From: an uncultured bacterium
Lineage (GTDB): Bacteria; UBP14; UBA6098
DNA: 64,000 bases
Assembly: GCA_964459995.1 (NCBI GenBank)
Contig: CAYWOR010000001.1
Location: forward strand, 273,328-337,327
Reading direction: 5' to 3'
The translations under genes and the position numbers were made by a program. Numbering within the stretch: the first letter of the stretch is position 1; each line of letters begins with the position of its first letter. Positions 46,957 through 56,532 of this stretch are shown in pieces. A model generated the notes under the pieces. It was given only the letters and a program-made list of their open reading frames with translations. It was not told the DNA's origin and did not search any database.

Positions 46957-48734
46957 GCCCTCGGCTCGTAAATGTTAAAATAATACCATAGGAAATCCCT
47001 TGCGATGTAGGCCCATGCGCCGCCGGAATAGCCCTGCTCGACGAGGATTAGCACGACCACACGCGGACTTTCAGCGGGGGCATATCCGACAAACCATGCA
47101 TGGTCATGGCCGTGGGGATTCTGTGCCGTGCCGGTTTTGCCGGCGACGACGACATCGGGAAGCTGTGCCCATGCACCTGTTGCAAGATGTCCGTTAACAG
47201 CCTCTATCAAGCCCTTATTGGCGATTCTCAATGCCTCGCGCGATGCCGGAAGCCGTCCGGTAATCTTGGGTTCGACGATGAGCGGCCTATCCATCGGCGG
47301 ACGGATTTCCTTGACAACTTTCGGGCTGTATATAGTGCCGCCGTTAGCGATTGCGCAATAGTATTGAGCAAGCTGAATAGGCGTTACAAGCAGTTCTCCC
47401 TGGCCAATTGTTAGGTTAAGCTGGACTCCGCCTCCCCAACCCGATCTTCCGCCGAAACGCCGGTTGAAGAACTCCCTATCCGGAACGAAACCTGTAGCTT
47501 CTGGTGGAATGTCGATTTCGGTCTTCCTTCCAAAACCGCTCTCTTTTGAAAGCTCACTCCATCGGTCGATTCCGAGATAAAGGGCAAGCTGATAGAAATA
47601 TACATCGCAACTTTGGGCGATTGCCTCTATGAGGTTGACATTTCCATGGCCGCCGCGACTCCAGCATCTGAACCAGCGGTCGCCGTAGAATATGCTTCCA
47701 TGGCAGGCTTCGAGCCTTGTATTTGCATTTGCGATTCCTTCGTCAACTGCGCCCATCGCGGTTACGAGCTTATATGTGGATGCCGGCGGATAGGTTCCCT
47801 GTGTGCATCGGTTGAGAAGCGGGTGGATTTCCGTGTCGTTGAGCAATCGCCAAATGCTATCGGTGATTGTCCGCGTGAACAGCTCGAGATCGAAACTAGG
47901 GCGGGAGACCATGGCGTAAATTTCGCCGTTGGTGGGGTCCATTGCAATGAAAACCCCGCGGTCGATGCCTGCCATCAGCGTTTCAGCATAGGCCTGAAGT
48001 CCCAAATCGATCGATGTAACAATATCCGCGCCGGGGATAGTTAGGATGTTCGCCCTTCCCTCGACCGGACCGACAACCTCGCCGGTAACGCGCACTTCGA
48101 GATATTCCGCGCCGTCTCTGCCGCGAAGAAACCAATCGTAGGCCTTTTCGATACCGAGCTTGCCGACGAAATCGCCGGCCTTATAGCCTTTCGTGTATAA
48201 TGCTCGAAGTTCGGGCACATTTATTTCGCCGACATAACCGATGGCATGCGCGGCGTGGCTTTTCCAAGGGTAAACGCGCACCGGGTCGATTTGATAAATC
48301 ACTCCGGGGTAATCGAGAAGGTGTTCCTGCATAATACTGACCGTCTCGAAATCGACCTGCCGTGCGACGGGCACCGGAGAATAGCGCGTGATTCCGCCCT
48401 TTTCCATCGCTTTATCGATTTGCTCTTCGGTTATTCCGAGGAGTTTTTCAAGGCGTGCGAGGATTTCTTTGGATTTCCGGAATTCGAAGGGGATAAGGCT
48501 AATCGTGTATGTTGGCCGGTTATCGACGAGAACTTTACCGCGTCGGTCAATGATTCTTCCGCGCGGTGCTTTTTTCGGGACTATGCGAATTCGGTTGCTT
48601 TCGCTGAGGCGATAATAGTAATCGCCTTTTACAGCTTGCAGATAGGCGATATTGCCGAAAAGCAATAGAAAAACAACGCTAAGCGTATAGAAAATATAGC
48701 GGTTTGATTTTATGCCGAATCTACTCGATTTCAT
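46953..48734 (-). CDS. mrdA: Penicillin-binding protein 2 (elongasome transpeptidase)
   Basis: N-terminal TM anchor, PBP dimerisation region, transpeptidase 'ASTYK' (S-T-Y-K) active-site motif. Synteny mreCD-mrdA-rodA. Confidence 0.8.
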   Translation of the reverse strand: MKSSRFGIKSNRYIFYTLSVVFLLLFGNIAYLQAVKGDYYYRLSESNRIRIVPKKAPRGRIIDRRGKVLVDNRPTYTISLIPFEFRKSKEILARLEKLLGITEEQIDKAMEKGGITRYSPVPVARQVDFETVSIMQEHLLDYPGVIYQIDPVRVYPWKSHAAHAIGYVGEINVPELRALYTKGYKAGDFVGKLGIEKAYDWFLRGRDGAEYLEVRVTGEVVGPVEGRANILTIPGADIVTSIDLGLQAYAETLMAGIDRGVFIAMDPTNGEIYAMVSRPSFDLELFTRTITDSIWRLLNDTEIHPLLNRCTQGTYPPASTYKLVTAMGAVDEGIANANTRLEACHGSIFYGDRWFRCWSRGGHGNVNLIEAIAQSCDVYFYQLALYLGIDRWSELSKESGFGRKTEIDIPPEATGFVPDREFFNRRFGGRSGWGGGVQLNLTIGQGELLVTPIQLAQYYCAIANGGTIYSPKVVKEIRPPMDRPLIVEPKITGRLPASREALRIANKGLIEAVNGHLATGAWAQLPDVVVAGKTGTAQNPHGHDHAWFVGYAPAESPRVVVLILVEQGYSGGAWAYIARDFLWYYFNIYEPRA

Positions 48735-48752
48735 TATAATAAATCAAAACGG

Positions 48753-49262
48753 TCAGGCATTATAATCGTCTTGCGGCCGCGGACGGAAGATGCCAAGGCG
48801 AATAGCGATCATAAGTATCACCCATCCGACGAGCGCGGTCAACAGCGCCGAGGGGAGGTCGAACCGCAGGAAATTCCAGATAAAAGTCGCGCCATAGGGG
48901 CTGAAGAGCCTGAAAATAAGCCTGTCCGCGATGGCGAGGACGAAAACAGTCGCCGCTAAAAGTGCGGGTTGTTCGAGGTTCATCGAGTCGTGGACAAGGC
49001 CCAGAATCAATATTGCGGTGCTTTTCGCGACAATATGGCCGCCCATCGCCGGAATGTCGAAACAATCGAGAGCAAGCCCTGCCAGCGCCGCCCAGAGAAT
49101 CGCCTCGCCGCGGCCGGTTCGCGAGGAGAGAATCACTAATCCGAGGAGGACGAGGTCGATATCCCACGAAAGCCCCGGAATCGGCGAGGCAAGCGAAATT
49201 TGCAGTCCGATAACTATATATAATATAAGGAGATAAACGAGCCGCTTAGTCATTATCGCCAC
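48753..49262 (-). CDS. mreD: Rod shape-determining protein MreD
   Basis: 169-aa polytopic membrane protein between mreC and mrdA. Assigned by position and hydrophobicity only. Confidence 0.5.
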   Translation of the reverse strand: MAIMTKRLVYLLILYIVIGLQISLASPIPGLSWDIDLVLLGLVILSSRTGRGEAILWAALAGLALDCFDIPAMGGHIVAKSTAILILGLVHDSMNLEQPALLAATVFVLAIADRLIFRLFSPYGATFIWNFLRFDLPSALLTALVGWVILMIAIRLGIFRPRPQDDYNA

Positions 49263-50076
49263 CCTCGTTTTGCCCTATTTCCGAGCCGACGATTCTCGAG
49301 AACACCACGAAAACCTCCTCGGGAGTGGAAATTTTCGCGGACGGCTCGATCTCGACGCCGATGAAAAGCCCACTTTGAGGTTTCACGACACGCGAAACTG
49401 TGCCAACCATAAGTCCCTTCGGGAAAACCCCTCCGAGGCCGGAGGATATTATCAAATCCCCCTGTCGGACATCGGCGTTTATCGGCACATTCTCCATTTT
49501 GAGCATTCCGCCGCCAGCGGAGGAGACGATACCCTGCACGCGGCTTCGAGCGTCCATGGCGCTAACCTTGAGGTTCGGGTCGGTTATCAACTGAATCACA
49601 GCTGACCGTTCGTTGACGCTGAGAACCTTGCCGATGACGCCGTCTCTGTCTATAACCGGCAGATCGACGATGATGCCCTTATCCGAGCCGGCGGAAATCG
49701 TAATCGACGATGGCATACGCGGAGTGCCTCTTCCGACAACCTCCGCGAGGACAGTGTAGATTTCGACCTGCTGGGAGAACTGAAGCGCTTTGCGAAGCCT
49801 CTGATTCTCGCGCTCGGCCTCTTTGAGGGCTTCGACTTTGAGGCGGGCGTTGATGAGTTCCTCTTTTAGACGAAGATTTTCTTTGCGGTGGTTTTTCATC
49901 AGGTGCCACGATGTGCTGAGCGCCGAGAACGGGCGATAGATAGTATCCATGAATGCAGAGCTAACTCCGGCGCGGAATTCGAGGGGGGTTTGGGAGAGGA
50001 GGATGCCCGTTACCAACACGAGGATGAACGCCGCGCTTCTCGAATGACGTCTTATGAAATCGATAAATGATATCAT
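49246..50076 (-). CDS. mreC: Rod shape-determining protein MreC
   Basis: N-terminal TM, coiled-coil 'LKEELINARLKVEALKEAERENQRLRKAL', then beta-rich domains with 'GDLIISSGLGGVFPKGLMVG'. Confidence 0.7.
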   Translation of the reverse strand: MISFIDFIRRHSRSAAFILVLVTGILLSQTPLEFRAGVSSAFMDTIYRPFSALSTSWHLMKNHRKENLRLKEELINARLKVEALKEAERENQRLRKALQFSQQVEIYTVLAEVVGRGTPRMPSSITISAGSDKGIIVDLPVIDRDGVIGKVLSVNERSAVIQLITDPNLKVSAMDARSRVQGIVSSAGGGMLKMENVPINADVRQGDLIISSGLGGVFPKGLMVGTVSRVVKPQSGLFIGVEIEPSAKISTPEEVFVVFSRIVGSEIGQNEGGDND

Positions 50077-50098
50077 CTTGAGCGATAGATGCTATAAT

Positions 50099-50132
50099 AC
50101 AAAGCCCCGCACAGGCGGTCTCCTGTAGAAGC
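50099..50132 (-). terminator. Possible terminator hairpin downstream of ptsN (minus strand). Weak T-tract.
   Basis: gccccgc...acagg..cctgt...gcggggc nested inverted repeat. Confidence 0.3.
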
Positions 50133-50155
50133 GGGGCGGCAAAGTCGGCAAAGGA

Positions 50156-50608
50156 TCAATGTTGATCCATGAAGTCCAGAACCTCTTGGGGGAAAGTGGC
50201 GTCCATGAGGAACTGGCGGTTTTCTTTGTCTTTCAGCAGAAGGGAGAGCTTTCCGAGAGCGGTTAGATGAGTGTTAATCGCTGTTTCGGGAACGACGATG
50301 GCGAAGAAAAGGTGCACCGGTCTTCTGTCGAGCGAGTGGAATTCAACTCCCTCTTCGCTACGCCCGAAAGCTATCACCAAGCCCTTTACACCCTTGGCGC
50401 GTGCGTGTGGAAGCGCTACCCCGAAACCTATTCCGGTCGAGGCGAGTTCCTCTCTTCGCTTGAAAGCCTCTAATACTGCCTCCGAGTTTGAGATTTTATC
50501 AGAACCCGATAGGAGTTCGACTAATTCTTCGAGAATCTCGTCTCTCGATGTCGATTTGAGGTCGAGTTCTATCAGGTTTGTGCCGCAAAAAATCGAAAGA
50601 TCCATCAT
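50156..50608 (-). CDS. ptsN: PTS EIIA (fructose/nitrogen-regulatory, PtsN-like)
   Basis: PTS_EIIA_2 fold motifs 'GIGFGVALPHARAKGV' (phospho-His region). 150 aa. Confidence 0.6.
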   Translation of the reverse strand: MMDLSIFCGTNLIELDLKSTSRDEILEELVELLSGSDKISNSEAVLEAFKRREELASTGIGFGVALPHARAKGVKGLVIAFGRSEEGVEFHSLDRRPVHLFFAIVVPETAINTHLTALGKLSLLLKDKENRQFLMDATFPQEVLDFMDQH

Positions 50609-50616
50609 ATGCCTCT

Positions 50617-50787
50617 TTAATAACTCTCTGCTTCGTCGAGTAGCATTATAGGAATGCCGTCGAGGATTTCAAACTTTATTCTGCATGATTCACAAATTAT
50701 TTTTTCCTTCTCGGTATCGTAATTTACTGTCCCTCTGCATTTTGGGCAAACGATTATTTCGAGAAGCCTGCAATCCGGTTCGGTCAT
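50617..50787 (-). CDS. Trm112/YcaR (UPF0434) family zinc-ribbon protein, 56 aa. Not in the supplied ORF track (below the length cutoff).
   Basis: Translation MTEPDCRLLEIIVCPKCRGTVNYDTEKEKIICESCRIKFEILDGIPIMLLDEAESY with 'CPxC...CxxC...DGIPxLL..EA' hallmark. GGAGG SD. ATGA overlap with the accA stop. Confidence 0.55.
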   Translation of the reverse strand: MTEPDCRLLEIIVCPKCRGTVNYDTEKEKIICESCRIKFEILDGIPIMLLDEAESY

Positions 50788-51755
50788 CGTTTTTCCTCCG
50801 TGAATTCGCCCATGTTTCTATATTTTGCAAGCCGCATTTTCAGAAGTTCTTCGGGCGGGATTTTTGTGAGTCTGTCGAGTTGTGCGCGAATTTCCCTTCC
50901 GAGTTCCTCTGCGGCGGCTATGGGATCTTTGTGTGCTCCGCCGGGCGGTTCGGGGATGATTTTATCGATCATCTTCAGTTTGAGGAGGTCGTGCGCGCTG
51001 ATTTTGAGAGCTTCTGCGGCTTTGTTTGCATGGGCGCGGTCTCTCCAAAGAATCGCCGCACAGCCCTCCGGCGAAATGACCGAATACCATGCATTCTCGA
51101 GCATAAGGATAACATCGCCGACGCCGATTCCAAGCGCGCCGCCGGACGCTCCCTCGCCGATTATCGAGATAATTATCGGCACACGCAGTCTTCCCATCTC
51201 GAAAATATTCCTCGCGATGGCTTCGGCCTGACCGCGTTCTTCCGCGCCGATGCCGGGATAAGCACCGGGGGTATCGATGAAGATTAATATCGGTCTGTGG
51301 AATTTCTCGGCGAGTCGGAAAAGGCGAAGGGCTTTGCGATAGCCCTCGGGATGCATCATTCCGAAATTCCGGCGGAGATTTTCCTTAACATCCTTGCCTT
51401 TCTGTTGGCCGACTATCATCACGATATGGTTGCCCATTTTCGCGAAACCGCCGACCACCGCAGGGTCATCGCGGAAGCCGCGGTCGCCGTGAAGTTCGAC
51501 AAAGCCTTCTGTCAAACGGTTGACATAATCCAAAGTGTAGGGGCGTCGCGGATGCCGTGCTACTTTCACCCTGTCCCAGCGCGAAAGACTGCCGTATATT
51601 TCCTCGCGTTTCCGAGAGAGTTCTTTTTTTAGCGCTTTAATCGCGCCGGCGAGATCGGCCTCGCCCTTATCGGCACGCCGTTCAAGCTCGATTATTTCGC
51701 GTTCAAGCTCGACGAGCGGTTTTTCGAAATCCAAATGAAATTCCGGAGGACTCAA
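50784..51755 (-). CDS. accA: Acetyl-CoA carboxylase carboxyltransferase alpha subunit
   Basis: N-terminal 'LDFEKPLVELEREIIELER' and crotonase-fold carboxyltransferase motifs ('GGARMQEG'-type region 'SIIGEGASGGALGIGVGD'). Confidence 0.8.
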   Translation of the reverse strand: MSPPEFHLDFEKPLVELEREIIELERRADKGEADLAGAIKALKKELSRKREEIYGSLSRWDRVKVARHPRRPYTLDYVNRLTEGFVELHGDRGFRDDPAVVGGFAKMGNHIVMIVGQQKGKDVKENLRRNFGMMHPEGYRKALRLFRLAEKFHRPILIFIDTPGAYPGIGAEERGQAEAIARNIFEMGRLRVPIIISIIGEGASGGALGIGVGDVILMLENAWYSVISPEGCAAILWRDRAHANKAAEALKISAHDLLKLKMIDKIIPEPPGGAHKDPIAAAEELGREIRAQLDRLTKIPPEELLKMRLAKYRNMGEFTEEKR

Positions 51756-52891
51756 TTTCCCTCCTTTTTAATTATATGAGTATGCAATTTAAAAGAAAAA
51801 ACGATGAATGCAAGCAGAAGTATGAATACAAATGACATTAAAAGCAGTCCTTGGCCGGAGACAATTCCGACTGCAATTGTCGCGAAGAGAAAGCTCAGAC
51901 AATAGAATATCCAGTTGATAACCTGCGGCGGCAGTCCCAGCGCGAGAAGCACGTGGTGGAGGTGCTCCGTGTCGCGGTGATAGATTTTTTTTCTTCGTGC
52001 TAATCTTCGGAAGACGGTTATTAGCATCTCCAACACCGGCAATCCCAACGCAAGTAGTGGCACGAATAGGACTACAAAAGCGGAAGCCTTGAGCGGCTGG
52101 ACGATGGTGGCTGTAGCAACGATGAAGCCGAGAGCATAAGCTCCGGAGTTGCCGAGGATTATTTTCGCCGGTGGGTAATTGTAATGAAGAAATGCCAAAG
52201 TTGCGCCGAATATGGCAATCATAATAATTGCAAGGAAGGGGAAGCCTATGAAAACGCTTATTACGAAAATCGCAATCGATGCGATTGCGAGAACCCCCGG
52301 TGCGAGGCCGTCCATACCGTCTGTCATGTTTACAGCGTTTGTGATACCGACAATCCATAATAAAGTTACTGGAATCGAAAGGTAACCGAGTTCGAAGGGA
52401 AGCCCGGCGGGGTTTGTCAACTTCGTAATTTTCACGCCAAAGGCTGTAACCACAAGCGATGCGATAATCTGCACCGCGAATTTGATTCCGGCCGAAAGTT
52501 CGCGTCGGTCATCGATAAAACCGAGAACCGCGATGATAAAGGTGCCCGCAGTAAGGCCTATCAGCGCGGGAATATATCCGCTGAAAACCGATGGATAAAG
52601 GATTAGAGCGGTTATAATCGCGACAAAGATTGAAACCAGGATTACGACGCCGCCGGTGTTGGGAACCGGAGGGCGGCTTATTTCGGGGTCTTCTGATGCC
52701 GAAAGGAAGCCCATTCGCCTGCCTAAACGGATGGAAAGGGGCGTTAGAAGTAGGGTCAGCGCGAAGGTAATTATCGAGACGACGATATATGATAAATATA
52801 TGTCCACTGGTTTATTTAGAGCCGTTTTTCGAAAGGCCGAGCTTGCGGAAAAGCCACCAGAAGGTGAAATGGCCGACGAGCCCCAACCCAA
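51752..52891 (-). CDS. Polyprenyl-phosphate HexNAc-1-phosphate transferase (WecA/MraY, GT4 family). Real start probably downstream (~52807 GTG), because the track ORF overlaps the preceding gene by 80 nt.
   Basis: 'NAVNMTDGMDGLA' is the hallmark MraY/WecA motif. About 10 TM. Confidence 0.7.
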   Translation of the reverse strand: MGWGSSAISPSGGFSASSAFRKTALNKPVDIYLSYIVVSIITFALTLLLTPLSIRLGRRMGFLSASEDPEISRPPVPNTGGVVILVSIFVAIITALILYPSVFSGYIPALIGLTAGTFIIAVLGFIDDRRELSAGIKFAVQIIASLVVTAFGVKITKLTNPAGLPFELGYLSIPVTLLWIVGITNAVNMTDGMDGLAPGVLAIASIAIFVISVFIGFPFLAIIMIAIFGATLAFLHYNYPPAKIILGNSGAYALGFIVATATIVQPLKASAFVVLFVPLLALGLPVLEMLITVFRRLARRKKIYHRDTEHLHHVLLALGLPPQVINWIFYCLSFLFATIAVGIVSGQGLLLMSFVFILLLAFIVFSFKLHTHIIKKEGN

Positions 52892-53738
52892 GAAGCCAGT
52901 TCAGCAGGAAGAAGCCCTTGTTGTGTTTTGCAAAATATCTATAAAGGCTTTTGTGGTGCCACCAGTAGCATTTCGCCGGTTTGAGCGCGGTGGATTTTCC
53001 ACCGATATGCAAAACTTTTGCCTGCGGGACGAACACTACTCGCCAGCCCGCCTCGGACATGCGTTTGGAGATGTCCAAATCCTCGACATAGAAGAAAAAG
53101 CGCTCGTCCAAAAGACCGATTTGTTTGAGCGCTTCGCGCCGAAGGAACATAAAACCGCCTGCGAGAGCGTCAACATCGGTAACGGCGTTGGGGATACTGC
53201 GATATTTATTGTAGCCGCGCCGAAATGTCTTTATCGATGTTAAAAGAGATTGTTTCGTAAAAAATAGATTCGAGTAAGTGGGAAAATGCTGGCAGGAATT
53301 CTGGGGCTTGCCGTCTTCGCCGATAAGTTTTCCACCTGCGATTCCAACGTCGGAGTTTCTCGTGATAAAATCGAGCATGATATCGAGCGATTGATCGATT
53401 AGCTCGGTATCCGAGTTGAGTAAAAGAACAACCTCGCCGTTTGTGGAGCGTATCCCCTGATTACATGCCGCGGCAAAGCCTCTATTACGGGCGTTCCGTA
53501 TCAGTTTGACATCGGGGAAGGCTTTTGCGATTACCTCGGGACTGCCATCGGCGCTGGCGTTGTCGATAACGATGACTTCAAGCTTGGCGGTTGTGGGGGA
53601 GTGCTGAATAAGCGATCGGATGCATTTGACAGTCGTGTTCTTTGTATTATATGATAAAATTACGACGGAGAGTTTCGAGATGGTAACACCGGATTCTCTG
53701 TCGGTATGGGTTTCAGCAATAGCTCTGGATTTCATCAA
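52812..53738 (-). CDS. Glycosyltransferase family 2
   Basis: 'LSVVILSYNTKNTTVKCIRSL' GT-A N-terminal motif. 'DNASADGS', D.D-like acidic motifs. Confidence 0.6.
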   Translation of the reverse strand: MMKSRAIAETHTDRESGVTISKLSVVILSYNTKNTTVKCIRSLIQHSPTTAKLEVIVIDNASADGSPEVIAKAFPDVKLIRNARNRGFAAACNQGIRSTNGEVVLLLNSDTELIDQSLDIMLDFITRNSDVGIAGGKLIGEDGKPQNSCQHFPTYSNLFFTKQSLLTSIKTFRRGYNKYRSIPNAVTDVDALAGGFMFLRREALKQIGLLDERFFFYVEDLDISKRMSEAGWRVVFVPQAKVLHIGGKSTALKPAKCYWWHHKSLYRYFAKHNKGFFLLNWLLGLGLVGHFTFWWLFRKLGLSKNGSK

Positions 53739-54499
53739 TCACCCTTTCTGTCGATACTGCCCATTTTGCCGAACCGCAATTTCCATACCATTACAAAGGC
53801 TTCGGTGATGATTTTTTTGGTGAGCTTAGTATCGCCTATCTCCCTGTCGGGGAAGATGATAGGGTATTCGACAATTTTGTATCCGAGTTTTTGCACCTGA
53901 TATTTAGTTTCGATTTGAAATGCGTATCCGCCTGCGGAGAGTTTGGATGGGTCGATATGTTCGAGCACCTCACGGTTATAAACGACGAATCCCGCTGTGG
54001 CGTCTTTAACGCGAAGGCCGGTGATGAGCCTCGTATAAAAACTTCCGCCCCATGAGAGCAGTCTGCGGTAAAGCCCCCAATTCTCGACTCCGCCGCCCTC
54101 GACGCGCCGGCTTCCGACGACCATATCGATGTCGTTTTGTGCGGCAAGTTCGGCCATTGGGCGGAGATATTTCGGCTGATGCGAAAAATCGGCATCCATT
54201 TCGAAAATTAGCTGATAATCGTGTTCGAGCGCCCAATTGAAACCGCGCACATATGCGGGGCCGAGTCCCTGTCTTTTGCCATGGATAACGAAAACCCTTC
54301 CTTCGTAGCGTTGCGAAAGTTCCTTTGCAAGCTCGGCGGTGCGGTCGATGGATTCGTCTTCGCAGATAAGGATGCTGAATTCCGGGCCGCACTCCAGCAC
54401 AGCGGGGACTATACGCTCGATATTGCCCTCTTCGTTGACCATGGGCATAACCACGAGGATTTTCGGCAGGGATTTTTCGATTTTATCTGACATAAACAC
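53735..54499 (-). CDS. GT2 polyprenyl-phosphate sugar synthase (dolichol-phosphate mannose synthase-like)
   Basis: 'ILVVMPMVNEEGNI', 'ILICEDESIDRT', 'EMDADFSHQPKYL' match the DPM1/GT2 short-form pattern. Confidence 0.65.
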   Translation of the reverse strand: MFMSDKIEKSLPKILVVMPMVNEEGNIERIVPAVLECGPEFSILICEDESIDRTAELAKELSQRYEGRVFVIHGKRQGLGPAYVRGFNWALEHDYQLIFEMDADFSHQPKYLRPMAELAAQNDIDMVVGSRRVEGGGVENWGLYRRLLSWGGSFYTRLITGLRVKDATAGFVVYNREVLEHIDPSKLSAGGYAFQIETKYQVQKLGYKIVEYPIIFPDREIGDTKLTKKIITEAFVMVWKLRFGKMGSIDRKGD

Positions 54500-54523
54500 T
54501 CCTATAGACTCAAGCCAAATCTC

Positions 54524-55408
54524 CTAAGTCGAATAATAAACGACGAATACGGTTATACACCAAAGGATCATATTAATGATCGAAGGTAAATCGGTCAAGA
54601 ATATTCTCGTAGGCGACTCGCCGGCTTTTTTTAGATTTACCAGCCAAAGATAGCGAAACAAGCCGTAGAAAACGAAGGGGATTGTCGCGCCCATGCCATA
54701 ACCAAACCTCGCACGGGTTTCGGCGGCGAAGACATATAGCATGTATCCCACTATCGTTGCGGCGATTTCTATCATCGCGAGTTGGTCGAGAAATTCGATC
54801 GAGTATTTTTCGAGGAGTGGCCGGCTTCTCACATCGGCGATGTCGTTGCCTTCGATTCTGGCAAGTTCCTGTCTTCGCTTTTCGGTAACGAGAAACAGCG
54901 CGATTAGGCTTGTGCAGACCAACAGCCACGAGGAAATGGGCACCTCGACGACGATTCCCCCCGCCGCGGCACGGATTACGAAACCCGCGGCTACTGCGAG
55001 GATATCGAGTATCGGGAGACGCTTGAGAAACAGTGTGTATGCGAATTGTAGGGCGACATAGCTTGTGCCGGCAATTCCGAATGGGATTCCAAGAGAGAAG
55101 GAAAGGGCGAGACCTCCCGCTATCAAGAGGATTCCAATCACGAGTGCGAGACTTCTCGGCACAATTCCAGCGGCGATTGGGCGGTTGCGCTTAGTCGGAT
55201 GGTTTCTATCGGCCTCGATGTCGCGAAGATCATTCAGGTAATAAATCCCGCTCGCGAGGGCACAGAATGCGGCAAAGCCTGCGGTGGCGAGGATTAGGGC
55301 TTCGAGATCGAAAAACTTACCGCCGAAAACGATTCCGGCGTAGAGAAAACCGTTTTTAATCCACTGGTGCGGCCTAAGGCTTATAATTATGCCCTTTAGA
55401 AGCTTCAA
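54524..55408 (-). CDS. UbiA family prenyltransferase (decaprenyl-phosphate phosphoribosyltransferase-like)
   Basis: 'YYLNDLRDIEADRNHPTKRNRP' (NDxxDxxxD aspartate-rich motif). About 8 TM. Confidence 0.6.
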   Translation of the reverse strand: MKLLKGIIISLRPHQWIKNGFLYAGIVFGGKFFDLEALILATAGFAAFCALASGIYYLNDLRDIEADRNHPTKRNRPIAAGIVPRSLALVIGILLIAGGLALSFSLGIPFGIAGTSYVALQFAYTLFLKRLPILDILAVAAGFVIRAAAGGIVVEVPISSWLLVCTSLIALFLVTEKRRQELARIEGNDIADVRSRPLLEKYSIEFLDQLAMIEIAATIVGYMLYVFAAETRARFGYGMGATIPFVFYGLFRYLWLVNLKKAGESPTRIFLTDLPSIINMILWCITVFVVYYST

Positions 55409-56532
55409 GCTTTGCCCTTTCGAAAGATTTCCGCCGCCTCGGCGTAGTATTCGAGAACCTGCTCGGCGAGTCTATCGACCGACCAGTTTTCGACGACCTT
55501 CTTTCTGGCCTTTGCACCCATCTCGTTTCGTTCGGCCTCATCGAGTTCGAGGATAGCGGAAATTGCCTCAGCGAGAGCTTCCGGTTGCCTCGGCGGGACG
55601 AGACGGCCTGTTTCCGCGGAGATAATTTCCGGCAGGCCGCCGACATTGCTCGCAACGATTGGCAGTTCGCAGGCCATCGCCTCCAAACCGGCCACACTCG
55701 TGGCTTCCATCAACGAAGGTATAACAATGACGTCAGCCGAATTCAGGAATCCGGGCATTTTATCATTAGGTTTAGCGCCTTCAAAATGCACATAGGGGAT
55801 GATTTGCAGTTCTTCTGCAATTCTTTCGAGCTTTGCACGTTCGGGGCCGTCGCCGATGAGATAGAGATGCGCATTATGACGCCTTCGAACAAATGGAAGC
55901 GCGCGAACAGCGTATTCGACGCCGTTTTTCTCGAAAAGCCGTCTCGGCACGACAAGCATTTTCGCGCTTTCGGAAGGTTGGGGAATGCTCGGCTCTGTGC
56001 GCTTGAATCTGTCGGTATCCGCGGCGTTGACCATGGCATAACAACGCGCTTTTGGGACGAGGCTTAGACAGACATCGCGGATTTCTTCCGATGGCGTCAG
56101 GAGAATGTCCGGTTTTGAAATTAAACTACGAAGATAATTGCGCCAGAATCCTCCCTTAGCGGCGAGACGAAGAAAATGGCTTGTGTGAATCGTTGCGACC
56201 AAGGGCACCCCGCGCTTATGTGCAACCTCGCCCGGGATAATCGAGGGGAAGGTATGCACGTGGCAGATATCCGCCCATGGGGCATTTCGGCGCATGACCG
56301 GTTTTGCGGCGTAGGATGTTATTGCCCATCCTGTAATTTTTTTGTTCGGGCAGAAAACTCGCTCGACCTCGATGCCCTCCATGTTTTCACGTTTTTGGAA
56401 ATCGCCCGAACGGCTTGTTACGACGCGAACCTCATGCCCCATTTTGACCTGCGAGCGGGCGAGGGTGTATGCGTGGGTTTCAAGCCCGCCTACCTCGGGG
56501 GGGAAATAGATGCTGTGGACGAGGATATTCAC
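55405..56532 (-). CDS. Glycosyltransferase family 4 (GT-B, 'group 1')
   Basis: 'EATSVAGLEAMACELPIVASNVGGLPEII' is the canonical GT4 C-terminal nucleotide-sugar motif. Confidence 0.65.
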   Translation of the reverse strand: MNILVHSIYFPPEVGGLETHAYTLARSQVKMGHEVRVVTSRSGDFQKRENMEGIEVERVFCPNKKITGWAITSYAAKPVMRRNAPWADICHVHTFPSIIPGEVAHKRGVPLVATIHTSHFLRLAAKGGFWRNYLRSLISKPDILLTPSEEIRDVCLSLVPKARCYAMVNAADTDRFKRTEPSIPQPSESAKMLVVPRRLFEKNGVEYAVRALPFVRRRHNAHLYLIGDGPERAKLERIAEELQIIPYVHFEGAKPNDKMPGFLNSADVIVIPSLMEATSVAGLEAMACELPIVASNVGGLPEIISAETGRLVPPRQPEALAEAISAILELDEAERNEMGAKARKKVVENWSVDRLAEQVLEYYAEAAEIFRKGKA

